From positions 1,612,001 to 1,676,000 of the forward strand of contig CP075492.1 in NCBI GenBank assembly GCA_021613535.1: a DNA stretch of 64,000 bases. The letters run 5' to 3'. A model generated the notes under the pieces. The model had not been told where the DNA came from, ran no database searches, and was given only the letters and a program-made list of their open reading frames with translations. Made by a program: the position numbers and the translations under genes. Each line of letters begins with the position of its first letter. Positions within the stretch are counted from its first letter, which is position 1. Shown here piece by piece: positions 59,687 through 64,000 of the stretch. The stretch is from Adineta vaga. Taxonomy: Eukaryota > Animalia > Rotifera.

Positions 59687-62224
59687 ATGCTTATCTATTT
59701 GTTATTTATATTAACTATATTCAAATATCATATAGAAGCAATTTGGCCTTCATCAAATTCATCAAAAATACACTTATTAGGTCTTTTTCCCGATGAAAAA
59801 AATACATCTAAACCTACCGAATTATCAGTTCATTCTCATGCAATGTTTCGAGCAGCTATTTTACTTTCTCAACAATATAATATAACTATTGAAGGACAAT
59901 TTATTGAATGGAAATCAATTCAAACAGGTGGTAATGCAATTGATGGACTTAGTGAAATCTGTCAAATCATTTCTAATTACAATATAAATGGTATTATTGG
60001 TCCAGGATTTTCTCGTGAAACATCTATTATTGCTAATTTTGCTGAGAAAATAAATATACCAATTATATCTTATAGTGCAACTAATTCTGAATTATCTGAT
60101 CATAATGCTTATCCGAATTTTTATCGAACAGTTCCTTCTGATAATGCAGCTGCATTAGCTATTATGAAATTATTTATTCGTTTTAATTGGACATCATGTA
60201 TAATTATATATCAAAATGATGCATTTGGATTAGGTGGTGCAAAAATAATTAATGAAATATTTATTAAAAATGATTTAACTGTTATTAATACAATTATATT
60301 TGATATTGAAACACTTCGTATTCGAGGTAATTTAAAGAATATTTTAATTGATTGTTCAACACGAATTGTTATTGTATGGGCTATTGAAAATTATATCTCA
60401 TTAATTATCAATGAAGGACTTGATTCTGATGTTATTGGTCCACATTTTACTTGGATATTAAGTACAAGTATTTCATTAAATTCTTTTAATCAATCATTTT
60501 ATTCAAAATTAATTGGAATATTAACAATAGAACCAACAACAGCAATGTTAATGAATAGAACATTATTCAATTCAGCATATAATCTATGGAAACAATATGA
60601 ACCTGAAACACTTCCTCAATTAGATAATATTAATCAATATGGTTTATTTACATTTGATGCAACTTGGTTATTAATTCAATCCTTACAACAATATTGTTTA
60701 ATATTTAATAATAAGAATTGTTTATTATTTAAAAATTCTTCATTTTGTTTTTATCGTGAATTTTATAATTCAAATTTCTTATTCAATATAATAAATAATT
60801 TAACATTTCTTGGTATTTCAGGTCATATACAATTTCAAATCAATCAAACTGATCGAATCAATGGTAGTTATTATTATATACAGAATATTCAAACTTCAAC
60901 AACTGGTCTTAATTTTGTACCTGTATTAAATTATTCAGATTATAATGGTTGGAAAGAATATACAGAAACAAGTGTTATTTTTTGGCCAGGTAATTCATTA
61001 ATTCCTTCAACAGATATTCCACAATTAAATGGTGTTACTTTACGAATTTGTATGGTCGGTTCAGATCCATTTACTATAAGAACTAGTATAACGAATTATA
61101 CTGGTTATATTCCTGAATTGATTTCTTTTTTACAAAATAAATTAGGTTTTATTCCAAATATAATAATACCATCAGAAAATCAAACACGTAATCAATTGAT
61201 AAAAGCAGTAGCTGATGGTTTCTATGATATAATGATAGGTGATATAACAGTGACATCATCAAGAAGAAAAATAGTTAGTTTTTCTAATTCAATATTTGAT
61301 ACATCAACACGTATTATTATGAGAGATACTTCAAATGTAGCAATTGATTTAATATCTTTTTTAAAACCATTTTCGCGTAATCTTTGGTTATTAATCTTAG
61401 GTGCAATTTTATTTTCTAGTATTTTATTTTGTTTTTTTGAAAGAAAAAATAATGAAATGTTACAAAATAGATCAATTATTTCATTATCAACAATGGGAAT
61501 ATGGTATTGCTTTGGTACTTTAACAGGATGTGGTGCAGATTTTCATGTTACAACTGCTGCTGGACGTTTATTAACTGCTGGTTTATATATTTTAAATATT
61601 GTTTTATTAGCATCTTATACAGCTAATTTAGCATCTGATTTAACATTACAAAAATCTAAAAGTATGATTACAGGAATTAGTGATATTAAAAATGGAAAAT
61701 TACAATATAATCGTATTGGAATAATTGCAGGTTCATCTCTTGAAGATTATTTTTTAAGAGAAATTTCTGGAGGAAAAAGAGATTTTTATCCATTACAAAC
61801 TGTTGATGATCTATTTGATAAAATATTAAATGGTATCGTTGATGCCTGTTTTCTTGATAGTGGTTTGGCAGAATATTTAACAAATAATGTTTATTGTAAT
61901 TTGACATTAATTGGTGAAAGTTTTGATGGTGGTGTATTTGGTATTGTAACGTCAAAACAATGGATTTATCGACAAGATTTAGATGTTGCTATATTAGCAT
62001 TACGAGAGGAAGGTATTATTGATGATTTAATATCAAAATGGTTTCAGAAAAAGAATTGTCCAGATGTTACTCAAACATCAACGGCAATGGGAATTGATTC
62101 TATGGGTGGATTATTTTTTATTTTTGGAATTATTGTTCTTTTATCAATTGGATTATTTACATGGACAAAACGATCTTTTATGAAAGAACATTTATTTATA
62201 TTCATTCAACAGAGAAAGAATTGA
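59687..62224 (+). CDS. Ionotropic glutamate receptor-like channel (ATD, LBD, M1-P-M3-M4), AvGluR1/GLR-like
   Basis: Signal peptide, ANF-receptor-type ATD (PIISYSAT, YPNFYRTVPSD), S1 motif GDITVTSSR, pore FGTLTGCGAD, gate motif SYTANLA and an M4 helix. Intronless. Confidence 0.92.
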   Translation: MLIYLLFILTIFKYHIEAIWPSSNSSKIHLLGLFPDEKNTSKPTELSVHSHAMFRAAILLSQQYNITIEGQFIEWKSIQTGGNAIDGLSEICQIISNYNINGIIGPGFSRETSIIANFAEKINIPIISYSATNSELSDHNAYPNFYRTVPSDNAAALAIMKLFIRFNWTSCIIIYQNDAFGLGGAKIINEIFIKNDLTVINTIIFDIETLRIRGNLKNILIDCSTRIVIVWAIENYISLIINEGLDSDVIGPHFTWILSTSISLNSFNQSFYSKLIGILTIEPTTAMLMNRTLFNSAYNLWKQYEPETLPQLDNINQYGLFTFDATWLLIQSLQQYCLIFNNKNCLLFKNSSFCFYREFYNSNFLFNIINNLTFLGISGHIQFQINQTDRINGSYYYIQNIQTSTTGLNFVPVLNYSDYNGWKEYTETSVIFWPGNSLIPSTDIPQLNGVTLRICMVGSDPFTIRTSITNYTGYIPELISFLQNKLGFIPNIIIPSENQTRNQLIKAVADGFYDIMIGDITVTSSRRKIVSFSNSIFDTSTRIIMRDTSNVAIDLISFLKPFSRNLWLLILGAILFSSILFCFFERKNNEMLQNRSIISLSTMGIWYCFGTLTGCGADFHVTTAAGRLLTAGLYILNIVLLASYTANLASDLTLQKSKSMITGISDIKNGKLQYNRIGIIAGSSLEDYFLREISGGKRDFYPLQTVDDLFDKILNGIVDACFLDSGLAEYLTNNVYCNLTLIGESFDGGVFGIVTSKQWIYRQDLDVAILALREEGIIDDLISKWFQKKNCPDVTQTSTAMGIDSMGGLFFIFGIIVLLSIGLFTWTKRSFMKEHLFIFIQQRKN

Positions 62225-62991
62225 TTTTCTATCAAAAAAACATATTCGATGTACATTAAAACTGAAGAAGAAAAAACAATTCGAAACTCATATTTATTTT
62301 TTTAAGGATGTGTAAATATGCAATAGGCTACCATAGAGCGTTCTATTCCATATTATTGATCTTCTCAGATGACTTTTTATTTTATTTTCACAAGATAAAT
62401 ACCTATATCTAATATTTATAAAAATATTGAAAGTAAATTTTCTTTGACGTTTCTTTTTTTCTCATTCATTAAATCAAATAGTTAAATCGATGAGAGTAGA
62501 AGGATTTGAGAATGAGGGTCACATTCTTCGTTAAGAACTGACCACTCATAGTCAAAAATGAATATTATAATAAAAATGTTGTTGTCATTTCGTTCAATTC
62601 ATGTTTAAACCCTATAAATTCGCTTCTACCATTGGATTTTAATGAACGCTTTCTGATTCGAATCTAAATTTATAAGATCGAACTCCACTTGTCATTGAAA
62701 AAATCCAACGTATGAAAAAGAAAATAAAAAAAACTTATGAAAAGGACGATGTCGTATGTAGGTAACATATAAATTCAAATGTTATCTGACACATTCATTT
62801 TCTTATTGTTTTTTTTTGCACTATAAAGAACTATAATAAAGTAGGCATTTTGTAACTTTTTTTCATCTAAAATGAGTCATTAACAAAGATATAGTTTTCA
62901 TTGTCATATTTTATGACTAAATTAGTCTTTTACGATAAGTTTTTAATACAACAAATAGTAGTCAAATGTTTCGTATTAATATATTTTAGAT

Positions 62992-64000
62992 ATGTCAGTA
63001 TCATTAGTTACCACAATTGAACAATTTTCAAATGAACTATTTATAGAAATATTTGATTATTTGGATGGATATCGTTTAGTCTGTGCATTCTATGAATTAA
63101 ACAAATGTCTATCGACGTTAGTGGATTACTTCAAAATTAAATATATTGACTCGCGACATATAGAACATCAGGATTGTCGAAGTGTAAAGCGATTAAATAT
63201 TTACAAAAAAGATACAATAGTTATTTTTATGTTTACAGATATTGACAATGATTAACCCAGAGCATTTGATTTCTCTAAAAATATCATATACTACAAGTGA
63301 TGAACAAATTAAGCAACTATTCGATAACGGTTTGAATAATTTACGTTCTCTCACTCTTGATTCTATACCCGTACTTGAAATGGATTCCATTCTTCACCAA
63401 TTTAACGCTAACAGTCGTCTAGAATCAATATGATGAGAAAACACATGCAGCATATACATGGCTTTTCGAAAGAAATTTATCATATTTTCAATCATTGAAA
63501 TATTTTATTATTCATAAGGATGGCGCTGGTGATCTTCATGATCAAATATTTCATTCTTTATTTGGTTATAGACTAAAGTCATCTCTGAAACGAAAGAAGT
63601 ATCAATCATTGAAACATCTATCACTACCTTCCACTAGCATTTTTGAATTTTCAACGTTTCTATCTTCTTTATCGAATCTTCAAACACTTGAGGCAGGTAC
63701 CAAATTAGATGCGAACACTACTATATATCCAATGATGCGATACATAAAACGATGTCAACTTCAGATTTACGATTCGTCATTTGAATTAATCGCTAACTTT
63801 TTATCTTATTGTCCAAATCTTCAGCAATTATTATTTAGAATAGCCTCACCGGATAGTGATACATTGGATGGTAAACAATGGCAAATTATTATTGAACGTC
63901 ATTTATTGCAACTTAAACGATTGAACATTGATCTGTTGATATCGTGGCAGTCTCAACATGCAATTGAACATCAGTACGCAGATGGCTTTCAAAATGATAC
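62992..64000 (+). CDS. F-box/LRR-like protein, 3'-partial, with an apparent frameshift near 63430
   Basis: N-terminal F-box-like FSNELFIEIFDYL and a phase-0 intron at 63184-63238. LRR-like LRSLTL, LKHLSL, LQTLE and CPNLQQL motifs continue in another frame after 63430 to the window end. Confidence 0.7.

Noticed and set aside
62512-62549. Hairpin atgagggtca...tgaccactcat as another telomere-motif element or a terminator
   Set aside because: It has only a partial TGAGGG match and lacks GGGTGT/ACACCC arms. Intrinsic terminators are not expected in this eukaryotic context.

Overview
This window is AT-rich eukaryotic DNA with short (about 50-65 nt) GT-AG introns. The gene content points to a bdelloid rotifer (inference): a bacterial/fungal-type NRPS with spliceosomal introns, intronless GPCRs, an AvGluR1-like channel, an F-box gene and TGTGGG-type motifs. 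Bases 1-41361 read best as the 3' part of one giant spliced NRPS gene (about 8,400-8,500 aa in the window, 5' end outside it). Its architecture is ...C-[C-A-T-C]x4-C-A-T, ending in a membrane-embedded epsilon-poly-L-lysine-synthetase (Pls)-like terminal region instead of a TE or R domain. Every module has introns at the same positions and phases, and modules are joined by phase-1 introns. C and T domains are nearly identical or mosaic between modules, while the A-domain specificity exon is highly variable. Three transposons with clear target-site duplications sit inside NRPS introns: a Tc4/Tc5-type DNA transposon, a full-length degenerate LINE and a hAT-type MITE. Bases 42-64 kb hold two small GPCRs, a membrane-protein fragment, a disrupted HEPN-TPR-Sel1 gene, an acyltransferase-3, a 1547-aa LDLa/EGF GPCR, an RGM-like GPI-anchored chimera, an iGluR and an F-box gene. 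These are separated by a family of short hairpins whose arms are telomere-like GGGTGT/ACACCC units.
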